DNA from: Candidatus Babelota bacterium
GTDB lineage: Bacteria > Babelota > Babeliae > Babelales > Vermiphilaceae
DNA length: 64,000 nt
Direction: 5' to 3'
Assembly: GCA_013286935.1 (NCBI GenBank)
Contig: JABDES010000001.1
Coordinates: 2,499 to 66,498, forward strand
Shown one piece after another: positions 10,505 through 19,493 of this stretch. Position numbers and translations under genes: made by a program. The notes under the pieces are model-generated. The model saw only the letters and a program-made list of their open reading frames with translations, was not told where the DNA came from and did not search any database. The stretch's first letter is position 1, and each line of letters opens with the position of its first letter.

Positions 10505-11172
10505 GATACGCGTTCTTCTGATGGTGCCTGGCTTTTGTCTGAGTCTGTAGCCAAAGTCTTGTAAATTTTGTGGGCCACAAATACAGCGAGCGCAACCACC
10601 ACAACAAAGCCACTAACTCTACAAATGGGAGCGTTATACCAAGGGCTCTTCTGACCTATCGCTTGATCGCTCTCGGTGTTACTGTTTCGGCTTGGATTGT
10701 CTAAATCATTTACTGTATGCTCCTTGGTAAGGCTAATTGCATTGGGGAGCAATTTTGATCTTTCTCCAGTTGTCCAGACATAATAAAGCTGATTATTTTT
10801 TCGATAATAACCAGTTTTATTGGGAAGATATTCCGGAGTGGACTCTTCTTCTGTTTCGATTAGGTGATCTTTGCCCTCATTTTTCCATACTATTTTTTTA
10901 TCAAGATGTGATGTTTCGCAGGTATTGCCCAGGTCGCTGTGTACGTCTGTTGCTTTCTCGGGATCGTCAGGATTGAAAAGATCATCTGTATCATCATCAT
11001 CTGACTCATCCTGATCATCATCTGACTCATCCTGTTGGTTTTTTTCAGATTCTTCAGGACAATCATATATATGGCGTTTGACTTTATTATCAGGTCCTGT
11101 CTTGTTCATTCCGATGATATTGGTCGACATTATCCCAATGAGCAAAATGGCTACATGTATTGATTTTTTCAT
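10501..11172 (-). CDS. Signal-peptide / C-terminal-TM protein with poly-acidic tract (operon member 1)
   Basis: Leader MKKSIHVAILLIGIMSTNIIG. Acidic run DESDDDQDESDDDDTDD. C-terminal TM VSGFVVVVALAVFVAHKIYKTLA. Confidence 0.65.
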   Translation of the reverse strand: MKKSIHVAILLIGIMSTNIIGMNKTGPDNKVKRHIYDCPEESEKNQQDESDDDQDESDDDDTDDLFNPDDPEKATDVHSDLGNTCETSHLDKKIVWKNEGKDHLIETEEESTPEYLPNKTGYYRKNNQLYYVWTTGERSKLLPNAISLTKEHTVNDLDNPSRNSNTESDQAIGQKSPWYNAPICRVSGFVVVVALAVFVAHKIYKTLATDSDKSQAPSEERVS

Positions 11173-11243
11173 GCCAGATTCCCTATTTGATATTTTTATG
11201 CTAAGATTTGCCTTTATAAAGTATTTTACATTTTATTTTCAAT

Positions 11244-11765
11244 ATGTCAAACAATTATTTGTTAAAAGGAACTCAGCTTTTGGGTGAATCACGCTTTGGG
11301 GCAGCGCAAGATGCTATTTTCATGTCTCAGGCGCTGCGGTTTGCGGAGTTTGCCTACGATCAGGACGAAGTTCCTATAGGCGCCGTTGTTGTAAGCGAAG
11401 GTGGTGAGGTTATAGGGCGCGGTTACAATCAAGTTGAGTTACAACATTGTCAACTTGCTCATGCTGAAAGCATAGCCATTGAACAAGCAACGGGCCACAT
11501 GGGTGACTGGCGGTTGGATCGATGTTGGGTGTTTGTAACACTTGAACCGTGCTGCATGTGCATGTCATTGATTCGTTTGAGCAGATGTGAGGGGGTTGTG
11601 TATGGTGCGACCTCACCTTTATTTGGATATCATCTTGACAACATACAACAATCTCCAGTATACAAAAGGGGTACTTTTGTGGTAGTTAATGGCATTCTAC
11701 AGCAACAATCTAGCGCATTATTGCAGCGTTTTTTTCAAAAAAAAAGGAAAAACAACAGTGATTAG
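11244..11765 (+). CDS. tadA: tRNA-specific adenosine deaminase
   Basis: CDA zinc motifs HAESIAIEQA and LEPCCMCMSLI. VPIGAVVV near the N-terminus. The start (11244 or a later Met) is uncertain. Confidence 0.85.
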   Translation: MSNNYLLKGTQLLGESRFGAAQDAIFMSQALRFAEFAYDQDEVPIGAVVVSEGGEVIGRGYNQVELQHCQLAHAESIAIEQATGHMGDWRLDRCWVFVTLEPCCMCMSLIRLSRCEGVVYGATSPLFGYHLDNIQQSPVYKRGTFVVVNGILQQQSSALLQRFFQKKRKNNSD

Positions 11766-12114
11766 TCGAAATGGTGAGTTTGCTCAGATAAAAGATGATC
11801 TAACCAGAAGGAAAAATGAGCTGGAGGCTAAGCTTGTAGAGCTTACGCATGAGAAGATAACGGATGATCAGGTTCAAGATCCTGGTGATCAGGCTCTCAC
11901 GTCAACTATGGAGTCTGTAAGGACCTCTCTTCAGACGGCAGAAGCTGAAGAGTACAAGCGCATAGTTCATGCCCTTGAAAAACTAGAGGAAGGCATTTTT
12001 GGCGTGTGTTCAGATTGCGCCCAACAGATTTCTGACAAGCGCCTTAGGTCGTATCCGGATGCAGCTCGTTGTCTTGTCTGTCAGGAGTTGTTTGAGGATA
12101 AGGAAAAAAAATAG
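11758..12114 (+). CDS. DksA/TraR-family C4 zinc-finger protein
   Basis: A coiled-coil N-terminal part is followed by CSDCAQQI...AARCLVCQ (CxxC-x17-CxxC). I prefer the in-frame GTG at 11758 (RBS-like AAAGGAAAAA upstream). The longer ORF from 11689 would overlap the tadA 3' end. Confidence 0.7.
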   Translation: MISRNGEFAQIKDDLTRRKNELEAKLVELTHEKITDDQVQDPGDQALTSTMESVRTSLQTAEAEEYKRIVHALEKLEEGIFGVCSDCAQQISDKRLRSYPDAARCLVCQELFEDKEKK

Positions 12115-12240
12115 AAGCATGGCCTCTATAGATTTTTCGTTGACCGGTTGGTCCTTGCGCATATTTGTCTTGTGACGGCAAAGGACAACTAAACAGTTTT
12201 ATTTTACGCTTATTTTGGTACTATATATTTCTGTTCTTGT

Positions 12241-12316
<76 letters not shown>

Positions 12317-12418
12317 CAGAAGATCTTGTATTAGTTTTGACAATTTTTTTCTGGCCGGTATTATTGAAGATAATCGGATCCTAACAATGATGTGCGTTTG
12401 AAAGGCTTATAGAATTAT

Positions 12419-12871
12419 ATGATCCAAAAAAAGACTACTTTACCGGTTGCTAAGGCACCAAAAAAACAGCAGAAGAAAGCTTCTGCGCCCGTTTCCCATG
12501 GCGTTGGACGTCGGAAAAATGCCATTGCTCGTGTGTGGGTTTATAAAGGTTCAGGAAAGTTCACCGTAAATCACGGCGATCTGGGTGAATACTTTGACAC
12601 GAATGAGACGCGTGTCGTTGCAACAACTATTTCGAAGGTATATCCTGCGAGTGCGGATTATGATGTTGCTGTTAACGTTATCGGCGGCGGAAAAGTTGGT
12701 CAGGCTGCGGCTATTATGCTTGGTACTGCCAGAGCGTTTCTGCTTCTTGATGAAACTATGCGTCCATTATTTCGTCAACACAACATGTTGACTGTTGACT
12801 CAAGAAATAAAGAACGTAAAAAATATGGTCAGCGAGGCGCACGGCGTAAATTTCAGTTTGTGAAACGTTAA
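12419..12871 (+). CDS. rpsI: 30S ribosomal protein S9
   Basis: GVGRRKNAIARVWV, GGGKVGQAAAI, and a C-terminal GQRGARRKFQFVKR typical of S9. Extended Lys-rich N-terminus. Confidence 0.93.
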   Translation: MIQKKTTLPVAKAPKKQQKKASAPVSHGVGRRKNAIARVWVYKGSGKFTVNHGDLGEYFDTNETRVVATTISKVYPASADYDVAVNVIGGGKVGQAAAIMLGTARAFLLLDETMRPLFRQHNMLTVDSRNKERKKYGQRGARRKFQFVKR

Positions 12872-12931
12872 TTATTTTTTTAACGATTTTTTTTTCGATA
12901 CCACCTACAGGACGATATAGAAAAAAATAAC

Positions 12932-12968
12932 AAAAAACCGCTTGGATTAAAAAAGGGGCGGTTTTTTT
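12932..12968 (+). terminator. Candidate rho-independent terminator after rpsI
   Basis: AAAAAACCGC ... GCGGTTTTTTT inverted repeat followed by a T-run. The loop is long (~16 nt), so confidence is modest. Confidence 0.4.
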
Positions 12969-12995
12969 ACCTTATAAAGAAGAGTGGTAAAGAAG

Positions 12996-14846
12996 ATGTG
13001 TAGCGTTGCTGGGTATATCGGAAAAAATTATAGCAAATCATTTATTTTGGAAGGTCTTCGTCGGCTTGAATATCGCGGGTATGATTCAGCCGGATTTGCA
13101 TGCTTGAGTCCCTCTGACGGTCGGCTGTTGTACGCTAAGACGCAAGGGCGTTTAATCTGTCTGGAGGAACGTCTCAATCAGTTTCCTATCGATGGCTTCT
13201 TAGGCGTTGGTCACACGAGATGGTCTACTCATGGTTCATCCGCACGTTTGGACAATGCTCACCCTCATTTTGATTGTGAAAAAACTATTGCCATTGTCCA
13301 TAATGGCATTGTTGAAAATCATCACGAACTCAAAAAACAGCTCATAGAATACGGACATGTGTTTCATTCGCAAACAGACACAGAAGTTATAGCGCATCTT
13401 TTTGAAACAATGTTGGCCACTCATGTAACGTTCAAGGGCGCAGTTATTAGCTTGGTGGCGCGGCTTGAAGGGGCATATGCCTTTGTCTGTATTGTGCAGC
13501 AATACCCGGATCAAATGTTGCTTGTGCGCAGACACTCGCCGCTGTGTATAGGGATAGGTGATGATGAAATGTTTGTTGCTTCAGATCCTATTGCCTTTGC
13601 TGATAAAACGAAAAAAATCGTTTTTATGCCTGACGAGAGTATAGTCATTGCGCATAAAGATGTTCTTGAGATGTATGATTTTTCAGGAGCATCTTCAGCG
13701 ATTGTTCCCCAGACAGTCGAGTACGATTGGCGCACTGACGGGAAAAAAGACTATGAACATTATATGCTCAAGGAGATCTTTGACCAACGAACGGCAATAT
13801 GCGCAACCGTTGGATTTTTAAGATCTAACATGGATCACATTTGGGACCAGTTATCGATCTGGGCAGATAGCATTACGCAATTACAATGTATTCATCTGGT
13901 TGGTTGCGGGACATCCTGGCATGCTGCTCGCATGGCTCAATTTTTTTTCGAAACGATTTGTAAAATTCCCACACGAGTTCATTTGGCGTCAGAGTTTCGA
14001 TGTATGCCCTTTTTTGCAGAAAAAAATGCTATTTTTATTGCAATGTCTCAGTCGGGAGAAACAGCAGATACTTTGGCTGCTTTGCGCATTGTCAATGAGT
14101 CTGGTGGTATGCCAACTATTGGGTTGACAAATGTTGATTCTAGCACGCTTATGCGTGAGGCAGGTGGGTTTTTGCTTACCCAGGCTGGTCGAGAGATTGC
14201 GGTTGCTTCAACAAAGGCATTTTCTACACAACTGACGGTTCTGTACTGGTTGGCTCATTTTATAGCGCTGCAAAAGGGAATGATCTCTGACGGACAACTC
14301 GAGCAGGCAGAAGAGGAGTTGCGCACGTGTGCCCAAGTTCTTGAAAATGCAGTCGAGGAGTATAAATTTGAGATTATACACACACATGCACCGCACTATG
14401 CTCAATATGAAAGGGCGATTTTTTTGGGTCGCCATATCAGCTATCCATTTGCGCTTGAGGCGGCGCTCAAGCTTAAAGAGGTTGCGTATATTTTTTCGCA
14501 ATGCTATCCGGCTGGTGAGATCAAGCATGGACCGCTTGCATTAATAGATAAAAATACTCCTGTGTTTGTATTTTCGCATCAAGATGAACTGATTTATCGA
14601 AAGCTACTATCAAATGCTCAAGAAGTTAAAGCACGTGATGGGAGGTTGGCTGTTTTTGCATTCGAAGGACAACAAGAGCTCATATGTTTGGCAGATGTAT
14701 CTTTTGTTGTACCGCGTGTTAAACCATTATTGGGGCAACTTGCAATGACGGGTCTTATGCAGTTTTTTGTGTATGCGATTGCAAAAGAGCTTGGTAGACC
14801 AATAGATTATCCGCGCAACTTGGCAAAAGCCTTGACGGTCGAATAA
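12996..14846 (+). CDS. glmS: Glutamine--fructose-6-phosphate aminotransferase (isomerizing)
   Basis: The start at 12996 gives MCSVAGYIG, placing the Ntn Cys nucleophile right after Met. Two SIS domains (SQSGETADT). C-terminal NLAKALTVE matches the usual KSVTVE ending. Confidence 0.96.
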   Translation: MCSVAGYIGKNYSKSFILEGLRRLEYRGYDSAGFACLSPSDGRLLYAKTQGRLICLEERLNQFPIDGFLGVGHTRWSTHGSSARLDNAHPHFDCEKTIAIVHNGIVENHHELKKQLIEYGHVFHSQTDTEVIAHLFETMLATHVTFKGAVISLVARLEGAYAFVCIVQQYPDQMLLVRRHSPLCIGIGDDEMFVASDPIAFADKTKKIVFMPDESIVIAHKDVLEMYDFSGASSAIVPQTVEYDWRTDGKKDYEHYMLKEIFDQRTAICATVGFLRSNMDHIWDQLSIWADSITQLQCIHLVGCGTSWHAARMAQFFFETICKIPTRVHLASEFRCMPFFAEKNAIFIAMSQSGETADTLAALRIVNESGGMPTIGLTNVDSSTLMREAGGFLLTQAGREIAVASTKAFSTQLTVLYWLAHFIALQKGMISDGQLEQAEEELRTCAQVLENAVEEYKFEIIHTHAPHYAQYERAIFLGRHISYPFALEAALKLKEVAYIFSQCYPAGEIKHGPLALIDKNTPVFVFSHQDELIYRKLLSNAQEVKARDGRLAVFAFEGQQELICLADVSFVVPRVKPLLGQLAMTGLMQFFVYAIAKELGRPIDYPRNLAKALTVE

Positions 14847-14850
14847 TAGT

Positions 14851-16350
14851 CTACGTTGCTACTTCTTGCGCAGTAAGAGATTGTTGGCGAGCAAAAGCCG
14901 ATCCTAAGAACTCTAGGACCTTTTTTCTGCTTGTGACAAGTTCTGGAGATTTTTGTTTGATTGCATATATCATATCAATGAGTGTAATTGCTTGCTGTAA
15001 TTGATTATCACGTTCAAGCATCTGCTGTGCCCGCTGGGCTAGCCGCTCTTTACTTGTTTTCTTCTGATCATTGATTGCCGGAGTCGATGGTTTTTCTTTG
15101 GTCTTTTGGTAACAAGGAGGTTTTATAAAATTTTCAAGAGTATGTTCGTGGCCGTAATTTTTAGTTATCCATTGCATGTGTTCGGTTTGTGGTAACATAC
15201 GCTCGATATAAAAATCCGGCTCTATGCCCGTTCCTTGTACAGTGGTTGAGTCTGGCAAATAATACAGTTGTGTAGTGAGTTTTAGAGCGCAGTTATTGCC
15301 AATGGGTATTATCTCTTGAACGGACCCTTTTCCAAATGTTGGAGTTCCTATCAAAAATACTAACGGTGCTGCGCCAGGAGTATGTTGGGCGTTTTCAGAA
15401 TATGTTTTTAAATAACCGGCTAGTATCTCTGCTGCTGAGGCGGTGTAATTATTAATCATAATAAAGATTGGTATTGATACATTCGCCACAGGTGCACGCT
15501 TTGTTAGATGGCGTTCCGTTTCGTTGTTATTGCGATCCTTAGTGATTACGACAGTACTATTTTTTGGTCCAAAAAGACCTGCAATATCTATAGCAGATGT
15601 CAAAAGACCGCCAGAATTATTTCTTAGATCTAAAATGAGTCCTCTGCATGGACGAGTATTGGCGCCAATAAGCAGTTGTTCGACCTGCCGTGCAGCATTT
15701 TCGCAAAACATGCTGAGAGCAAGATAGTAAATATCATGATCTTTGATTTGAAAGCTCAGTAGGTTATGTTCTTTTATTAAGTCTCTTGGAATGATAAATT
15801 CAATTAAATCCTGTTGGTTTTCACGAAGAATCTTAACTTTAACCGTTGAATTACGTGCTCCTTTCAAAAGAGCGGTTATTTCCTCGGTTGTTAGTCCTTC
15901 AAGTGGTTTACCGTCAACGTCAACTATTTTATCAAGTGCCTTGAGTCCTGCTTTGTCTGCGGGGCCGTCTGGAATGGTATCGGCCACCAGTAAAAATCTG
16001 TCCTTTGATTTTCTTGTGTTGTCGATAATGATTCCTACTCCGCAAAATTCCCCATTGGTCGCTTCTATCATTGATCGATATGCTTTTGGGTCCAAAAAGG
16101 ATGAATGAGGATCGAGCGTGTAGCAAAATGTGTCGATAGACTTAATCATTGCTTGTTCAATGTTGGCCGGGTTGCAGTGTCTTTGACCCGAAAGTTGTAA
16201 CGTTTGAGCAAAGGTCCGAGACCAGTTGAAAATAATCTTTTCAATTTCATCATAGGTTAGAGGAGTGGGGGCGGTATCGCTTGTGTCGGTGACTTTGGCA
16301 AGTAAGATGAATGTTGTAATAAATGGTATTAAGCTAAGCTTTTTTTTCAT
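14851..16350 (-). CDS. ctpA: Carboxy-terminal processing protease (S41) with PDZ domain
   Basis: Signal peptide MKKKLSLIPFITTFILLA. PDZ segment GPADKAGLKALDKIVDVDG. S41 motifs GLILDLRNNSGGLL, YTASAAEILAG, TFGKGSVQ. Confidence 0.9.
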   Translation of the reverse strand: MKKKLSLIPFITTFILLAKVTDTSDTAPTPLTYDEIEKIIFNWSRTFAQTLQLSGQRHCNPANIEQAMIKSIDTFCYTLDPHSSFLDPKAYRSMIEATNGEFCGVGIIIDNTRKSKDRFLLVADTIPDGPADKAGLKALDKIVDVDGKPLEGLTTEEITALLKGARNSTVKVKILRENQQDLIEFIIPRDLIKEHNLLSFQIKDHDIYYLALSMFCENAARQVEQLLIGANTRPCRGLILDLRNNSGGLLTSAIDIAGLFGPKNSTVVITKDRNNNETERHLTKRAPVANVSIPIFIMINNYTASAAEILAGYLKTYSENAQHTPGAAPLVFLIGTPTFGKGSVQEIIPIGNNCALKLTTQLYYLPDSTTVQGTGIEPDFYIERMLPQTEHMQWITKNYGHEHTLENFIKPPCYQKTKEKPSTPAINDQKKTSKERLAQRAQQMLERDNQLQQAITLIDMIYAIKQKSPELVTSRKKVLEFLGSAFARQQSLTAQEVAT

Positions 16351-16520
16351 GAGATTTTCCTTACGTATACCAAATTAATTTTGCTACTTGGTGACGAGCT
16401 ATCTGAAATATGTTGGTAAAAATCGGCTTTGTTCTGACAAAGATTTTCTTTCTATTCTAGTCAAGGCAAAAAGTTATGTATAAAGTCAATATTGTGACCA
16501 AAAAATAGTTTCAAGAAGTA

Positions 16521-16549
16521 TTGGCCATGGAATATTTCTATGGTACAAT
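16521..16549 (+). promoter_or_regulatory. Candidate sigma70-type promoter (TTGGCC - 17 nt with TG - TACAAT) upstream of small ORF/sodA
   Basis: -35 TTGGCC at 16521-16526, 17-nt spacer ending in TGG, -10 TACAAT at 16544-16549. Pattern match only. Confidence 0.3.
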
Positions 16550-16596
16550 ATCCGCTCAATAATTATTTGACTAAAGAATTTTAAAAAGGCTATAAA

Positions 16597-16767
16597 GTGC
16601 GTCATTACAGAAAACAGTGGTTTAATTGGATATGGGTTAGTATAGGTGGAATTATTCTTTCAAGTAGTATCTTATTTTATTTAAAAGCGATCAAAGGAGA
16701 GTCTAGCCTTTTGGTATGCAGTGATATAAAAAATCGTTCAGAATTGATGCGTAACTCTTGCCAATAA
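16597..16767 (+). CDS. Possible small membrane protein (56 aa, GTG start)
   Basis: Below the ORF-track size cutoff. Translation VRHYRKQWFNWIWVSIGGIILSSSILFYLKAIKGESS... contains one clear TM segment and lies just upstream of sodA. No other support. Confidence 0.3.
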   Translation: MRHYRKQWFNWIWVSIGGIILSSSILFYLKAIKGESSLLVCSDIKNRSELMRNSCQ

Positions 16768-16786
16768 AAAAGAAAGGTGGAAAATT

Positions 16787-17407
16787 ATGGTGTATCCATA
16801 TGTTTTACCAAAGCTTTTGTACTCATATGATGCTTTGGAGCCCTACATTGATAAGCAAACGATGGAGATTCATTATACCAAGCATCATCAAGCGTACATA
16901 GACAATCTTAATAAAGCGTTGGAGCAATATCCGGATTTGCAAAAAAAAATGTTGGTTGATTTGTTAAAAGAGATTGACCAAGTGCCTGAAGCTATTCGAA
17001 CAACAGTGCGCAATAATGGTGGTGGACATTATAACCATAGTTTGTTTTGGAGGTATATAACTCCATGTATTGGTCAAGGACCGTTAACAAAGGTGAGCGC
17101 CGCTCTTGAGTCTGAATATGGTACATTTGATGCGTTCAAAGAGCTATTTATCGCTAAAGCAAAGTCTGTGTTTGGTAGTGGATGGGCATGGTTATGCGCA
17201 GATAAAAATAAAAAGATGGTAATTATCTCCAGCGCGAATCAGGATGCGCCAATTATGACCGGTTATGAACCGATTCTTGGGCTTGATGTGTGGGAACATG
17301 CTTATTATTTGAAGTATCAAAATAAACGTCCTGATTACATAGCAGCATGGTGGTCCTTAATTGATTGGGCCTATGTTGAAACAGAATTTGAGCATAAAAC
17401 GCTGTAA
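16787..17407 (+). CDS. sodA: Superoxide dismutase, Mn-type
   Basis: HYTKHHQAYIDNLN and DVWEHAYYLKYQNKRPDY. The segment NNGGGHYNHSLFW matches the Mn-SOD pattern (E. coli SodA NNAGGHANHSLFW) rather than the Fe-SOD AAQ..NH.F.W pattern. Confidence 0.9.
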   Translation: MVYPYVLPKLLYSYDALEPYIDKQTMEIHYTKHHQAYIDNLNKALEQYPDLQKKMLVDLLKEIDQVPEAIRTTVRNNGGGHYNHSLFWRYITPCIGQGPLTKVSAALESEYGTFDAFKELFIAKAKSVFGSGWAWLCADKNKKMVIISSANQDAPIMTGYEPILGLDVWEHAYYLKYQNKRPDYIAAWWSLIDWAYVETEFEHKTL

Positions 17408-17553
17408 GATAGCTCTAAAACAAAATTATTGAGCTATGGTTGACTTGTGCTATCGAGCGTGTTATTACGAAAGCTATGCTGATGTTCGTTACGTTACCGT
17501 TCGGTAATTATTTGGTGATGTAACAAAATCAGTAAATAAAGGAGAAGCTTTTG

Positions 17554-19431
17554 ATGAGGCGATTCAATTGTACAGTGTTTTTACTATTTGTTATGTTGTT
17601 TTCCGTTTTTCATCACGGCCTAATCTGTATGGATCTGTTGGTTGGGCATCAATGCACAAAGAGCGAAGATGCGGTCGCAGCAGCATCATCAGATGAAGAT
17701 CAATATGCTTTGGTTTATAATTTATTATTGTCCGTTGAAGGCCTGATAGATATTTATGAACGTGCATGCCATAAGGTCCAGGAGACGGTTACCCAAACTC
17801 GTGGTTGCTGTGATCAAGTAGATTTGTTTGGTTGCCATACAGAGATGTTGAGTATTCTTCTTATTTTGCAAAATCGTATAGATTTGGTTTTGGCTGAAAT
17901 TGCAGGTCTTGGTCAGAACATAAATATAGCAGTTGTACAAACGGTACAGCAATTATTTGTCCCCCTCTGTTCAAAGCTACAAGCAATAGAAACGAGCATT
18001 CAGAATCTAGACATAGATTTAACTTCACAAGTCAGTCAATTAGAACAAGAAATAGCTTTGCAAGGTGAAGAGCTACTGTCTGCCTTATCAGGCGTTGAAA
18101 CATTTATTGCTCTTGGCGATGATGCATTGTCTTCTCAGCTATCTTCCGTTCTTACCAGCCTTACACTGCAAAATAACTCTTTGATATTAGCTATATCAGC
18201 GTTGTCTGATCAATTAACTACACAAAATAATTTGCTATGTTCTAAGATAGCGACTTCTGAGAAAAATATTTCTAATCAACTAACTACTGGGTTTGCCACG
18301 CAACAGATATCGACAACATCGCAGTTAGACTCTATTAGTGGACAGATAAGCACTTCTAAATCGCAACTATCAAAACAAATTACCGCGCAAGGAGCATCGC
18401 TTAATACGGCAATTGTTAATGGTATTAATGATCTTTGCGCAAAGATCATTTGCGGCAACGAAGCATTAAGTGCTCAAATCAAAAAAAGTACTGGTCTTAT
18501 TCGTACAGATATAACCCTTCTTTCTGGTGCACTTGGTTCACAAATTTCCACAGTGGATAAAGATCTTGCATTGCAGACAGATAGGGTTTGTGCAAAGATT
18601 GCAAATTCTGCGGCAGCATCGGCTATCCAGTCTGAACGATTATCTGAAAATATTTTTGACGCGAAGGTTGATTTGAGTAATCAAATGACGGTTCAGGTTG
18701 CTGGAGTTGATAATAGTGTAAATGCACAAGGAAATGCTATTTCAGCAAAATTATGTGCATTGCAATCTGGGTTACGTGGTCAGCTTGCAGTTCAAGTTGC
18801 CGAGTTTAGTTCAGATTTTAACGTACAAACTACGCAATTGTGTTCAAAGTTGTCTACAATTTATACTAATTTGACCAATCAAATAGATACTGATTTTTCT
18901 AATTTGAGTTGTGATCTGGTTGAACAGATGGCCGTTTTATGTGCGAAATTAGTTGGAATTGATACGGATATAACAACCCAGTCAAGCAGGATTAATGCTC
19001 GATTGGCGAAGGTAGAATCTGATTTGTCAAGCCAAGTATGTGTCAAAGTTTCCAATATTGAGACAAATCAGGTTATAGGTAAGAATCAGTTGAGCGCTCA
19101 GATATCTAATTGTTGTTCTTTACTTAGCAATCAGCTAACTTCACAGCTTTCCTCTGTTGAAACGGACCTTACGTTACAAAATAATTCTCTTAGTTCACAA
19201 ATAGCTGCGGTGCAAACGGCTCTAGGCAACCAATTAACTGTTCAAATAGGAAGCGTTAACGGAGAAATTGTAAGCTTTGAAGGATCTGTAAACTCACAAT
19301 TATCTGCAATACAAACCGATCTGACGAATTTGATTACCGCCCAAATATCTTCCTTGGGCGCGAGTTTAACTATGCAAATTAATAATGTGCTGACAGCAGT
19401 GGCTGCGGTCTCTTGTCCTTCATGTACGTGA
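17554..19431 (+). CDS. Exported hendecad-repeat Cys-ladder protein, subfamily A, member 1
   Basis: ATG at 17554 after AAAGGAGAAG. Signal-like FNCTVFLLFVMLFSVFHHGLIC. N-terminal CC box RGCCDQVDLFGC. Dozens of consecutive 11-residue units. Cys codons at 18841, 18940 and 19039 are exactly 33 codons apart in LCSK/LCAK/VCVK contexts. Ends ...AVSCPSCT. Confidence 0.85.
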   Translation: MRRFNCTVFLLFVMLFSVFHHGLICMDLLVGHQCTKSEDAVAAASSDEDQYALVYNLLLSVEGLIDIYERACHKVQETVTQTRGCCDQVDLFGCHTEMLSILLILQNRIDLVLAEIAGLGQNINIAVVQTVQQLFVPLCSKLQAIETSIQNLDIDLTSQVSQLEQEIALQGEELLSALSGVETFIALGDDALSSQLSSVLTSLTLQNNSLILAISALSDQLTTQNNLLCSKIATSEKNISNQLTTGFATQQISTTSQLDSISGQISTSKSQLSKQITAQGASLNTAIVNGINDLCAKIICGNEALSAQIKKSTGLIRTDITLLSGALGSQISTVDKDLALQTDRVCAKIANSAAASAIQSERLSENIFDAKVDLSNQMTVQVAGVDNSVNAQGNAISAKLCALQSGLRGQLAVQVAEFSSDFNVQTTQLCSKLSTIYTNLTNQIDTDFSNLSCDLVEQMAVLCAKLVGIDTDITTQSSRINARLAKVESDLSSQVCVKVSNIETNQVIGKNQLSAQISNCCSLLSNQLTSQLSSVETDLTLQNNSLSSQIAAVQTALGNQLTVQIGSVNGEIVSFEGSVNSQLSAIQTDLTNLITAQISSLGASLTMQINNVLTAVAAVSCPSCT

Positions 19432-19493
19432 GAGGTTAGTTTGAGAGTAATAATCTAATAAATTCTTCAAAAAAAGAGTTAGCGGGAGAGAGT

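Noticed and set aside
11689-11757. Longer 141-aa version of the DksA-like ORF
   Set aside because: The extension overlaps the tadA 3' end in another frame and encodes non-conserved sequence. The GTG at 11758 with an upstream purine-rich tract gives a typical ~118-aa DksA/TraR-size protein.
12872-12995. glmS ribozyme upstream of glmS
   Set aside because: Only ~124 nt separate rpsI and glmS, and much of that is a terminator-like hairpin. I could not see the conserved ribozyme core, and the element is mainly a Gram-positive feature.
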